Assembly: GCA_002794465.1 (NCBI GenBank)
Contig: MTSL01000137.1
Span: forward strand, 41,861 to 73,860
Reading direction: 5' to 3'
DNA from: Paramicrosporidium saccamoebae KSL3
Lineage: Eukaryota; Fungi; Cryptomycota
Length of the DNA stretch: 32,000 nt
In this document: one piece after another, positions 1 through 9,177 of the stretch
Layout of the letters: each line of letters begins with the position of its first letter
How positions within the stretch are numbered: position 1 is the first letter of the stretch
Notes under the pieces: generated by a model
Told to the model about the DNA's origin: nothing
What the model saw: only the letters and a program-made list of their open reading frames with translations
Database searches by the model: none
Position numbers and translations under genes: made by a program

Positions 1-115
1 ATGGGCATGTATTGAACGACAATTACGTAACATATAAAATCACATAACACTACGCAAATTGGGATATCTACGGATTGATGGGCCTTTGTTACAAGTATAA
101 ACTTTACAAGTCTGT

Positions 116-1012
116 CTATGTAAAGGTGGTGATGGAAAGTAAGACTTGGTGGGCAATATGGGAGGGTATGACACCTCCTGCCTTCAGTATATGCACATCA
201 GGAACCCTTGTTCCAAAATACCACGACTCAAATTGTGCAGTGTATTGATCCAGTGCACCTGGCCGCTCCAACTCGGGCACAGTATCAAACGGATCAATGG
301 GAGGGATTTCTGCAGTGGATTTGCCATGAATCTTGAGCCCCCGCATGGAGGGCATCTCCTGCAGAGCAGCCATTTGTGCCCGACGTTTTGCCTCTCGTCC
401 TACTGTTTTTCTAATGACACTGACTGCCGATTCGCTTGATCGGGCCAACTCTTCAATCAACTGTTGTTCCTGTGCTCGTCGGTCCAAAGTCTCGGCCTCC
501 AACTCGGCAAGAAGTCCAGTTTCGTATTCCATGCGATGCTGTTCTTCCTCCCAACGTTGTTGTCGCTCCCGTTCCGCCTCCTCTTCGTCCCTCCGCCGAC
601 GGGCCTGAATGCCCTCAAGATTCTGCAGCCGATATGCTTCGAGACGTTCGTTGGTCTTTTGCACATCCACCTCTTCCACCAGACACCATACAATGCCTTC
701 CACCTCCTCTAAATAGTCGTCGTAATCGCGCACCGTCTCAAAGTCCTCCTCCCGACGATTGAAAATGTCAGTGAGTCTGCGACGGATACGACATTCGCGT
801 TCCACCCGGAGGTCGGTGAAGATGGGCAGTAAAAAGTCGGAACGACGCAAAAGGGTCTGACAAACGGGACAGGGTGCGGTGCCGTGCGCAAAGAGACGTT
901 CCACACAGTTGGAACAAGCACTATGATAACACGGCGACACCAGCAACTGAATTAATGGGTTCAAATAACGATCACTCTTACAGACAGGACATGTATCCAC
1001 CGTTGAATCCAT
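116..1012 (-). CDS. TFB3: CDK-activating kinase assembly factor MAT1 (TFIIH subunit Tfb3), RING finger
   Basis: N-terminal C3HC4 RING (CPVC...PCYH..C..C...CPVC) followed by the MAT1 signature 'VERECRIRRRL..IFNRREEDF....DYDDYLEEVE' and a coiled coil. ATG at 1012, TAG at 116-118. Confidence 0.95.
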   Translation of the reverse strand: MDSTVDTCPVCKSDRYLNPLIQLLVSPCYHSACSNCVERLFAHGTAPCPVCQTLLRRSDFLLPIFTDLRVERECRIRRRLTDIFNRREEDFETVRDYDDYLEEVEGIVWCLVEEVDVQKTNERLEAYRLQNLEGIQARRRRDEEEAERERQQRWEEEQHRMEYETGLLAELEAETLDRRAQEQQLIEELARSSESAVSVIRKTVGREAKRRAQMAALQEMPSMRGLKIHGKSTAEIPPIDPFDTVPELERPGALDQYTAQFESWYFGTRVPDVHILKAGGVIPSHIAHQVLLSITTFT

Positions 1013-1184
1013 GTGGAAGGGGAGAGGCTAGTGAATATCAAGTATGCAAGCAACGAATATTAAATTTGTAGTTTGTAGTCCAGATTTTGTATCCGTAGAT
1101 ATGATAGCAACTGTTATTGCGATGGTAATACCATCAGCGACAGTGATACTGATAGTGGTGTTGCATTCGATATGCAATAGACTT

Positions 1185-2087
1185 TTATTCAAGTTTCCAT
1201 TTTAGTAGCTTGCCAAATTCAAAGTGTTGGACAACAGGAAATTTGTGCATTACCTCTTCTCTATACATTTTAAACAATCCACGGTTAATACGCCTCCAAT
1301 CGGGAATCGCACTAATGTCGTGGAGCATTGGAGAATATTCCCCAAAATGTCGACCCTTTTTAATTGAAATGATGAAATCAATTGCCTGGAGATAGAGGTA
1401 CTCGTCCTTGTGGCTCAACAGGACGGTTGGATTGGTGGCCGCTGATGGGACTATTTGAGTTTGCCCGACGAGTTGGGCACTGCCAAAGAGAAAAGGGATG
1501 AACTGGTAGTCATCCAACCCCCAGACCCCATGACTGCCGGCCGGCTCCAATGAATAACAGATCTGAAGCCTCCGTACCAATTTCAAGTACCGCGTAACTA
1601 CCGAGAGACCCAATGCGACGTAGTCATCCTGGGACAAAGTTGTGGCCTGATCAATTGAAGCCAGAAATCCAAGAAAGGACAGCTCATGGCCCGTTCCGTA
1701 GTCAATACGAACGGGATTGCCCACCGAGCCCAATAAATAACATGTTAGCTCCCCGACAGTGTCGCTGGACAGTTTGGCTCGAGTCGCCAACTCGGCCACC
1801 AATGGAGCTAGTTTTGCTTGAAGAGTGGCAAAATAGGCTCGGAATGCGGGGTTTCCGTATCTTTGATTACCCATCTCATTGGGAGGATTTTGGTCGATAA
1901 ATCGGTCCATGTGATTCAGCAGAGTGGAAATGCACTCGTCCAGCTGTGTAGAGGGTGACTGGGACAACTTCTTCTCCATGATTGCTGTATTAACCTTTGA
2001 GATGAGGGACAGGACTGCATCATATGCTGGCGACGACTTCCAGGCGTCCAAGTCGGTATTGTGGAGGATTCTGCGGGCCGTGGACAT
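1185..2087 (-). CDS. PTPA: Phosphotyrosyl phosphatase activator (PP2A activator, Rrd1/Rrd2 family)
   Basis: Family motifs RYGNPAFR, RIDYGTGHELSF and LEPAGSHGVWGLDDYQFIPFLFGSAQL. Confidence 0.96.
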   Translation of the reverse strand: MSTARRILHNTDLDAWKSSPAYDAVLSLISKVNTAIMEKKLSQSPSTQLDECISTLLNHMDRFIDQNPPNEMGNQRYGNPAFRAYFATLQAKLAPLVAELATRAKLSSDTVGELTCYLLGSVGNPVRIDYGTGHELSFLGFLASIDQATTLSQDDYVALGLSVVTRYLKLVRRLQICYSLEPAGSHGVWGLDDYQFIPFLFGSAQLVGQTQIVPSAATNPTVLLSHKDEYLYLQAIDFIISIKKGRHFGEYSPMLHDISAIPDWRRINRGLFKMYREEVMHKFPVVQHFEFGKLLKWKLE

Positions 2088-2124
2088 GTAAATTTATAGA
2101 TTATTCGTTGTTAACGGGGAGTTG

Positions 2125-2145
2125 TTAAGATTTTATAGATTATCC
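2125..2145. repeat. 21-bp direct repeat TTAAGATTTTATAGATTATCC, copy near PTPA start (contains TATAAA on the minus strand)
   Basis: Exact match to 2493-2513. A third partial copy is at 2093-2112. Confidence 0.9.
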
Positions 2146-2164
2146 AATGTTAATTGTGATGATA

Positions 2165-2227
2165 TGTGAGATGTGGAATGTGGAATGCGGAATGTGAGAT
2201 GTGAGATGTGGAATGTGGAATGTGAAA
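2165..2227. repeat. Heptamer tandem array, (TGTGGAA/TGTGAGA) x9
   Basis: Nine contiguous 7-nt units read directly from the sequence. Confidence 0.95.
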
Positions 2228-2492
2228 AAGTGAAGAAGGAAACGTGAATTGTGTGAGATAGTATACCTGTCACGCAGTGAGAAAGATGCCACAGACTAAA
2301 TCAGACGGGAAGAAAAGTTCTTGTTCACCGCTGATCCAAAGGCCTATTTATAGTCTCGTAAATAACGTACTAATCAAAAAATAATATGGATACTGATCTC
2401 ACTGTCCCCAAATACCTAGCTAGTCAACCACATCGCCTACCTACGGACCAGGGATCCCAATAAAGAGTCTCATTACATAAAAGTCGTGGACA

Positions 2493-2513
2493 TTAAGATT
2501 TTATAGATTATCC
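2493..2513. repeat. 21-bp direct repeat, copy upstream of eIF5B
   Basis: Exact match to 2125-2145. Confidence 0.9.
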
Positions 2514-2584
2514 GTTGTTTATCAATTGTGAGACCCTGGCCACGCTCGTCTTCAAGCTGAAGTTCATCGTTGCAGTAGCAGGAA

Positions 2585-4993
2585 ATGGCGCCGCCCAAAG
2601 GTAAAGGAAATGCAGTGGCGCTCTCTGCGCTGAAGAATATGATGGCGGCGAAGCAGGCAGCGGAGGCCGAGCAGCAACGTCTGGAACAAGAGGAAGCTGC
2701 ACGCATCGCCGAGGAAGAGCGAAAGGAGGAGGAACGATTGGCCGCAGAAGAAAAGGAGCGTGCAAAGCGGAAGGATGCGGAGCGAAAGAAGAAGGAGGAA
2801 CTAAAGAAGGCGGGCAAACTTCTGACCAAGTCGGAGAAGGAAAGGGCACAGCGAAACAAGCTAAAGCTGGAACAATTGCTGGGAGCAGCGCCGATGAAGA
2901 TTGAAGGGGCTGCCGAGGGTGAAGAAGGCGGTAAGAAGAAAAAGCCCGTTTATGAGAGGAAGAAAAAGGTGCAAAAAACCCCCACGACAGATGTAGTGGA
3001 GCAAAAGATGGAAAGCGATCCTGAGGACGACGTGGTGGACGACTGGGAGAATGCGCTAACATCGAGTGACGGATCTGACAGCGATTCTGAGAGCGATGAA
3101 GATGCCACCACACCCATAAAGGAAGTTACGAAAAAGATGGAAAAGACAGAATTGACCGAGTCACAGAAAGTGACAAAACAGACTGATTTGAATAGTGTCA
3201 AGAAAACAACTGACAAGGATTTGCGCTCTCCAATTTGTTGTATTTTGGGGCATGTAGACACGGGAAAGACAAAGTTGTTGGACAAGATCCGTCAAACCAA
3301 TGTGCAGGAGGGAGAGGCAGGAGGAATTACGCAACAGATTGGTGCAACATATTTCCCCATTGAGGCGATTAAAGAAAAGACGGCGCACTTGGAGACGGGC
3401 GAGTTTTTGGTGCCAGGATTGCTGATCATTGATACGCCAGGCCACGAATCGTTTACAAATCTGCGATCACGTGGGTCTTCATTGTGTAACATTGCCATTT
3501 TGGTGGTGGATATTATGCACGGATTGGAGCCGCAGACGCTGGAATCTTTGGGACTGCTAAAACAGCGCAAAACACCATTCATTGTAGCACTGAACAAGGT
3601 GGATCGTCTGTATGGATGGAAGAGTATGACAGGAGTGTCCTTTGAGGATCTGTTGGAGAAGCAAGCGCCATCAGTCAAAGCCGAGTTTGAGGAGCGACTG
3701 AGTAAGACAATGTTGGCGTTTGCGGAACAGGGATTGAATGCAAAAGTTTCATTCCGAAATGATGATATGCGTCGCTGCGTGTCACTAGTACCGACATCAG
3801 CAATTACGGGCGACGGAGTGCCAGACATGTTATCATTGCTAATTAAATTGACGCAAAGTATGATGTCGGATAATCTGCGATATTTGTCGACGCTGCAATG
3901 CACCGTGTTGGAAGTCAAGATGATTGAGGGATTGGGGACAACGATTGACGTAATTCTGTCAAACGGTGTTTTGCGTGAAGGCGACCGTATTGCCGTTTGT
4001 GGACTGAATGGGCCAATCGTCACAAACATTCGCGCATTACTGACCCCACAGCCATTACGAGAGATGCGTGTCAAGTCCAATTATGTGCATCACAAACAAG
4101 TCAAGGCTGCCCTGGGAGTCAAGATCTGTGCTCAGGATTTGGACAAGGCTGTGGCAGGAAGTCCGCTCTTTGTCATTGGTCCCAATGACGATGAGGATGA
4201 AATTCGTGAATTGGTAATGGCGGATTTGGCGCAGATGCTCGAATCGGTGGATAAGAGCGGACACGGTGTCTGTGTGCAAGCCTCCACGTTGGGATCACTG
4301 GAGGCGCTACTGTCCTTCCTGAAGGACTCTAAAATTCCCGTTTCTGGAATCAATATTGGCCCCATCCACAAGAAGGATGTTGTGCGAGCATCTGTCATGT
4401 TGGAGCAGGCCAAAGAGTTTGCAGTCATTCTTGCCTTTGATGTCAAGATTGATCGTGACGTGCAAGAGTTGGCGGATGAGTTGGATGTGCGCATCTTCAA
4501 GGCTGACATTATTTACCATTTGTTTGATCAATTTACTGCCTACATGAACGCTCTCGTTGAGCAGAAGCGCAAGGACATGGCCCCGGCTGCCGTCTTTCCC
4601 TGCGTGTTGCGCATTGTCCCTGGCTGCGTCTTTAATAAGCGTGAGCCCATTATTCTTGGTGTTGATGTGGTGGACGGAGTTTTGCGCGTGGGCACTCCCC
4701 TGGCGGTTCCTGCTCAGGGCGGCATTTCCATTGGCCGAGTCACTTCCATTGAAGCTAACCACAAGCCACTCCCCGAGGTGCGTCGAGGCGGTCCCTCCGT
4801 TGCCATCAAAATTGAGCACGCCTCCTATGAACCTGCCCGCATGGTTGGACGTCATTTTGGCGAGAAGGACGAGTTGGTTAGCAAAATCAGTCGTGCCTCC
4901 ATCGACGTCCTCAAAGAGAATTTCCGCAATGATCTGAACAAGGAGGATTGGGCATTGGTTGTCAAGCTGAAAAAGGTCTTTAATATCCAGTAA
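2585..4993 (+). CDS. EIF5B: Eukaryotic translation initiation factor 5B
   Basis: Charged N-terminus, then [21 protein letters not shown] (G1), [25 protein letters not shown] (G3) and NKVD (G4). C-terminal domains are intact. Confidence 0.98.
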   Translation: MAPPKGKGNAVALSALKNMMAAKQAAEAEQQRLEQEEAARIAEEERKEEERLAAEEKERAKRKDAERKKKEELKKAGKLLTKSEKERAQRNKLKLEQLLGAAPMKIEGAAEGEEGGKKKKPVYERKKKVQKTPTTDVVEQKMESDPEDDVVDDWENALTSSDGSDSDSESDEDATTPIKEVTKKMEKTELTESQKVTKQTDLNSVKKTTDKDLRSPICCILGHVDTGKTKLLDKIRQTNVQEGEAGGITQQIGATYFPIEAIKEKTAHLETGEFLVPGLLIIDTPGHESFTNLRSRGSSLCNIAILVVDIMHGLEPQTLESLGLLKQRKTPFIVALNKVDRLYGWKSMTGVSFEDLLEKQAPSVKAEFEERLSKTMLAFAEQGLNAKVSFRNDDMRRCVSLVPTSAITGDGVPDMLSLLIKLTQSMMSDNLRYLSTLQCTVLEVKMIEGLGTTIDVILSNGVLREGDRIAVCGLNGPIVTNIRALLTPQPLREMRVKSNYVHHKQVKAALGVKICAQDLDKAVAGSPLFVIGPNDDEDEIRELVMADLAQMLESVDKSGHGVCVQASTLGSLEALLSFLKDSKIPVSGINIGPIHKKDVVRASVMLEQAKEFAVILAFDVKIDRDVQELADELDVRIFKADIIYHLFDQFTAYMNALVEQKRKDMAPAAVFPCVLRIVPGCVFNKREPIILGVDVVDGVLRVGTPLAVPAQGGISIGRVTSIEANHKPLPEVRRGGPSVAIKIEHASYEPARMVGRHFGEKDELVSKISRASIDVLKENFRNDLNKEDWALVVKLKKVFNIQ

Positions 4994-5094
4994 CCGTCTG
5001 GTGTAGATACTTTGAGACGTTGATGAACAAAAGTAATAAAGTCCAAGGATTTGCGGCGATTTGTGGCGATATGGGGAAGGGATAGCATCATGTA

Positions 5095-5200
5095 GAGGGG
5101 AGACTATTCATTACGGAGAGGGAAGACTATTAATTACGGAGGGGAGACTATTCACTCTGCAATTGTACTATTATGGAGAGGGAAGACTATTCACTCTGCA
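5095..5200. repeat. Degenerate minisatellite, 4 copies of GAG(A)GGG(G/A)AGACTATT
   Basis: Copies start at 5095, 5116, 5139 and 5176, in the convergent eIF5B/transporter intergenic region. Confidence 0.9.
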
Positions 5201-5325
5201 GGTGACCATTCTACTATTTAAATATCACCTGCTTTTTTATGCACTAACTCTTATTTGTACGCCAGCTTAACTCTTATATCTACACTTACTCAATTCTTGT
5301 TCATGCACCCACATATATGTTGTGT

Positions 5326-6726
5326 TTATAAAAGAATACAGAGAATTCCACCAAATAACATGCACAGACCAAAAATATACAATATCAAGACGGTCGGATT
5401 GATCCTACCGGTGCTGCGTCGGAAAAAGAGTGCCGGTAGGAGTAATGTCACTGGACCGCCGCATATCGAGCCGATCAGATCAAACACCTTGGCGGTGCTC
5501 TGGAATTGCGAACTTGTTATCAAACCAACGAGGATGATGGCCGCTCCTTGCAGGGCGTCGCTACCTGCAATACTGTTTGGGCGGAATGGGCCTAGTTTGC
5601 TGCATCCCCACTGGATAATTCCCCGAACCGGGATGATGATCAGCGGAAACGACACTACATTGACCACGGCAATACTGAGCTGGCCGATGATGTAGGCGGG
5701 GCTGGATGGCTTGGCTGCCAGCATGTCACCGGTTATCTGCGGTCCGAATTGCAAATATCCCGAAATGCCAATCAGCAGATAGAAAGTTGCGGCTGCACAG
5801 CTCGATGCGACAATGACCGACCGATTTCGCTCGGCTGTCGGTCTTTCCAGGTCTCGCGTTATGGTTGGCAGGGTAAAATGACAATTGAAGCTGAACAGGA
5901 TCATGGAGAGACATCCAAAAGCTTCCTTCCATGTAGACTCGTAGTTGAACCATTGCACTGTCGAAAAATCCCACGGGGAAGATAGTAGGAAATCAAACAA
6001 TGCCAGTCCGGCCACATAAATCATCCCGAGCATCCCCAGACTGCTAAACTGTGCCAATTTCTGTCCGTCCCGGATCCAGGACATGGGCCACAACACAAAG
6101 ATTGACAGAAGAACCTCCACCACATGTTGTTCACCAGAGATGCCGCAAAAGTGGTACAAAAAGTTGACGAGATAGGCTGAGCTTAGTCGAATGTACACAA
6201 TGATCGGCGCAAACATGACTGCTACCACGCAGATTACGGTGAAAAACTCTAGCTTTGGTCCGCCAAGGGCATTTGCTAGTTGCAGATAGTCTGTGGCACC
6301 GGTTCGTTGGCATGCAATCCCAAGAAATGTCAAACTCATCACAGTCAAAACCATTGCAAGCGTAATGCCGATCAGCCCGCCTAAAAGTCCCAGTCGGAGG
6401 AAGCACAATGGCATGAACAATGCTCCCGCTCCTACGGCCGATTTTGCCAAACTGATTGTGGCCTCCCACAACGACATGGTGCCATGCGCGCTGTCCAGGT
6501 CATGTGGAGAACGCACCAGTTTGACCAAAGAATAGGCAGAATGTGTCTGTGGGGCGGCAAATGCTTTGTCATAGACAGAGTGTATCGGTGGATTAGCAGA
6601 TGCTTGGGCGTAACTAGAGGGGGCCTGGGGATTGACCGAGACTGGGTCATAAGTAGAGTGGGCCTGTGGATTGCCAGATATTTGGTCGTACGCAGAGAGT
6701 CGGTCGTAGGAATGCTTACTGTTCAT
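5326..6726 (-). CDS. Amino-acid transporter, Aa_trans (AVT/SLC38) family
   Basis: About 11 hydrophobic segments with motifs 'SLAKSAVGAGALFMP', 'ILFSFNCHF' and 'GISGYLQFG'. The track start at 6768 is TTG; the first in-frame ATG is at 6726. Confidence 0.9.
   Translation of the reverse strand: MNSKHSYDRLSAYDQISGNPQAHSTYDPVSVNPQAPSSYAQASANPPIHSVYDKAFAAPQTHSAYSLVKLVRSPHDLDSAHGTMSLWEATISLAKSAVGAGALFMPLCFLRLGLLGGLIGITLAMVLTVMSLTFLGIACQRTGATDYLQLANALGGPKLEFFTVICVVAVMFAPIIVYIRLSSAYLVNFLYHFCGISGEQHVVEVLLSIFVLWPMSWIRDGQKLAQFSSLGMLGMIYVAGLALFDFLLSSPWDFSTVQWFNYESTWKEAFGCLSMILFSFNCHFTLPTITRDLERPTAERNRSVIVASSCAAATFYLLIGISGYLQFGPQITGDMLAAKPSSPAYIIGQLSIAVVNVVSFPLIIIPVRGIIQWGCSKLGPFRPNSIAGSDALQGAAIILVGLITSSQFQSTAKVFDLIGSICGGPVTLLLPALFFRRSTGRINPTVLILYIFGLCMLFGGILCILL
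6523..6696 (-). repeat. Coding tandem repeat, 39 nt (13 aa) x ~4.5 in the transporter N-tail
   Basis: SAYDQISGNPQAH / STYDPVSVNPQAP / SSYAQASANPPIH / SVYDKAFAAPQTH / SAYSLV. Confidence 0.9.
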
Positions 6727-6877
6727 TGACGCGACTGCGATGCTGTTCCCTTTCCGGGCAAGGACCAATCATGCTAATGTTGCCTAATGTAGCAAGTCAA
6801 AGACATTACAATTATATGCACAAGTCAAAGTCGCACATCATGCGTCTATTCGGTCCTTTACATTATACTTCAAATGT

Positions 6878-7585
6878 CTATTGCTGCCTTGTCCGTTGCA
6901 TGTATGGATTCATTTTTATGTAATCCCGCACATCTGCGCCGTGGGCCGTCAGTTTCTGGACAAAAGAGGTCAATTCAACAAGGACCTTGTCATTTGCAAA
7001 GTCTACGTTGGGATCAGTCACCACATATTCCGGCAGTTGAAGTAAATTATCCATGTGGGCTGAGAGCTTGTCAGCCGAATCGTCAATCATGATGGTCGTC
7101 TCTTCCGAGTATGCAGGAAATGCCTTCCAAACTTTTTCGAGATCCTTTTTAAATTTCGGCTTTACGTCATCGGTGCTCCTGATGACTTGGCATTCTTCCT
7201 GAGTCCAGAGAAACTGGAGAATGTTCGGGCCGGTTCCGACCTCCTGAGCTGTGGCCAGGTGATTCTTCATTGCAGCCTCGATGCTGGGACTGAGCATGCG
7301 TAGTTTTCCAGCGTCCAAAAGACCACCAAAGGTGCGCAGTACCATGGGGACGGCATTTTTCGGCAGGGCCGAGGTCCAAACGGCCACCTCACCCAATTCG
7401 AACAGTTTGGCCAGGAACTGCCTCCTCTCGGGCCTGAAGAATATCTGGTTACCATTAACGGTGCAATCTGCGTCTCTGTAATCACAGTGCTCATGGGCGA
7501 GCCTTACTTCCCAGCTTTTGGTTAATCGGTGGAGTAGGGTCCCATTCAGGTCTAGAATGAACAGTAACCGACGAGGTGCGTTCAT
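6878..7585 (-). CDS. FCP1-homology (NIF family) HAD-superfamily protein
   Basis: LFILDLNGTLL (motif I variant), VWTSA (motif II), KDLEKVW and TIMIDDS (motif IV). Confidence 0.85.
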   Translation of the reverse strand: MNAPRRLLFILDLNGTLLHRLTKSWEVRLAHEHCDYRDADCTVNGNQIFFRPERRQFLAKLFELGEVAVWTSALPKNAVPMVLRTFGGLLDAGKLRMLSPSIEAAMKNHLATAQEVGTGPNILQFLWTQEECQVIRSTDDVKPKFKKDLEKVWKAFPAYSEETTIMIDDSADKLSAHMDNLLQLPEYVVTDPNVDFANDKVLVELTSFVQKLTAHGADVRDYIKMNPYMQRTRQQ

Positions 7586-7689
7586 CCCCTCACCCCGGAA
7601 TAGCAGCTGGGAGAGATCTTATAGTGTGACCATTGCAAATGGAAAGTAATTCCGTTGAATATGCGCGTGTATATTGATATTGACTCGTC

Positions 7690-8949
7690 ATGTCGTTTAA
7701 ACACGAAATGGCAAAACTTGCAAGGGATATTTCTTATTCGTCATCCATGACTGCTACTTTGGTGTTCACTCCAGTAGATAATGCAGATATCGTGCTGTTT
7801 CTCCGTGCACTGCAATTGCATAACTCTTCAAATTTGACTATTGTGGAAGATTTGAAGCAACATGACAAGCTAGAGGTGACAACCAAGGAGGCAGTCTTGT
7901 CGACCCGAAAAGCAGTTCTAGTAGCGCTCGCTGGAATAGCTGCATCTCCCGACCTGCTGGGTGTCTCCAAGGACGAGAAAATTCTCGTTGAACAGTGGCT
8001 TGACTTTGCTTGCAACGTGGTTCGTCCCGAAATAATGGCCACCCGTGATGTGGAAGAGCAAGTCTTTCGACCTCTCCACACTGAACTCGCCCGGAAAACT
8101 TTTATTGCCTGTGGAACGAGTCCTTCGATTGCCGATTGGGCGCTCTTTTCGCTTCTGTTTCCGAAAGTCAAAGGAATGACTCCGTCCATTGCCTCGAAAT
8201 ACTACCGCCTTGTCCGATGGCTCTCTTATTTGCAGCACCTTTTGATAACCACTGGACAGGTGGAAACCAGAGGGGACAAGGACGTGTCTGCCTTTGTTCC
8301 GGCCACTTTTGATACAAGTGCCATTAAAGCTGCCCTCGACGGAGTGGCAATTAGCGTCAAGCCCAAAGAAGCTGCACCTGCCAAAAAGGAGAAAAAGGGT
8401 GCCGAGAAGAAGGCCGAGAAAACCGAAAAGACCGAAAAGGTTGATATAAAAGATATGCACCCATTTGCTCGCGTTGATTTACGGGTTGGAAAAATTGTCA
8501 AGGTTGAGAAGCATCCAAATGCAGATCGTTTATATGTTGAACATGTAGATTTGGGCGAAGCAGAACCGCGTGTGGTTGTTTCTGGGTTGGTGGAACATGT
8601 GCCGATTGAAGAATTGCAAGATCGTCTCTGCGTGTTCATTTGCAATCTGAAGCCTGCAACCCTCTGCAAAGTCCTGTCCAGTGCCATGCTACTAGTTGCC
8701 AAGGATGAAGCCGGTCTGCTTGAACCATTAATCCCCCCAGCCGGATGTGTTGCCGGTGATCGCATCTCTATCGATGGAGTCACTCCCCAACCGGACCAAG
8801 TGATCAAGCCAAAGGAGACCACTTGGGAATCTGTCCGGACATTGTTGGCAATGACTGACGGAATTGCCCATTACGAGTCTTCTCCTCTGATTGCTGGAGG
8901 AAAGGGAAGTATTACCAGTACCAAAGTCTCTTCTGGAATCATTAGCTAA
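7690..8949 (+). CDS. ARC1: Arc1/AIMP1-like aminoacyl-tRNA synthetase cofactor (GST-C-like domain + tRNA-binding OB fold)
   Basis: GST-C-like 'QWLDF...SIADWALF...LVRWLSYLQ', Lys/Glu linker, then 'DLRVGKIVKVEKHPNADRLYVEHVDLGEAEPRVVVSGLV...CNLKPA..S.AMLL'. The start could instead be the ATG at 7747. Confidence 0.88.
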   Translation: MSFKHEMAKLARDISYSSSMTATLVFTPVDNADIVLFLRALQLHNSSNLTIVEDLKQHDKLEVTTKEAVLSTRKAVLVALAGIAASPDLLGVSKDEKILVEQWLDFACNVVRPEIMATRDVEEQVFRPLHTELARKTFIACGTSPSIADWALFSLLFPKVKGMTPSIASKYYRLVRWLSYLQHLLITTGQVETRGDKDVSAFVPATFDTSAIKAALDGVAISVKPKEAAPAKKEKKGAEKKAEKTEKTEKVDIKDMHPFARVDLRVGKIVKVEKHPNADRLYVEHVDLGEAEPRVVVSGLVEHVPIEELQDRLCVFICNLKPATLCKVLSSAMLLVAKDEAGLLEPLIPPAGCVAGDRISIDGVTPQPDQVIKPKETTWESVRTLLAMTDGIAHYESSPLIAGGKGSITSTKVSSGIIS

Positions 8950-9177
8950 ACTAGAACCAATAATTCATAGTGTATTGTGTATGGCGCGTTATGTGTGGTC
9001 TGTGATACAAAATCGATCGATCCTCAACTCGACTGGACCCTCCACTCGGCTCGACTGGGATTGTGTTTGCAAAGTTGGTGGCAATGACCTTTCTGGTCTG
9101 GCTTCTGGCCTGGTTGCCATCACCTCAGAGTAAATACCATTTATCCCTGGTTCGTGGATATACTCTCTCACAACGTA

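Noticed and set aside
1121-1135. Near-perfect palindrome GATGGTA-A-TACCATC between MAT1 and PTPA
   Set aside because: A single 7-bp arm with a 1-nt loop is expected by chance in 32 kb and is not repeated.
2473-4855. Several 100-260 aa minus-strand ORFs opposite eIF5B
   Set aside because: Antisense shadows of a conserved CDS with low-complexity translations.
5095-5200. CRISPR-like array (also considered for 10505-10575)
   Set aside because: No unique spacers, degenerate units, no cas genes, eukaryotic context.
5061-5270. 69-aa ORF with GEGRL repeats
   Set aside because: TTG start and merely the translation of the 5095-5200 minisatellite.
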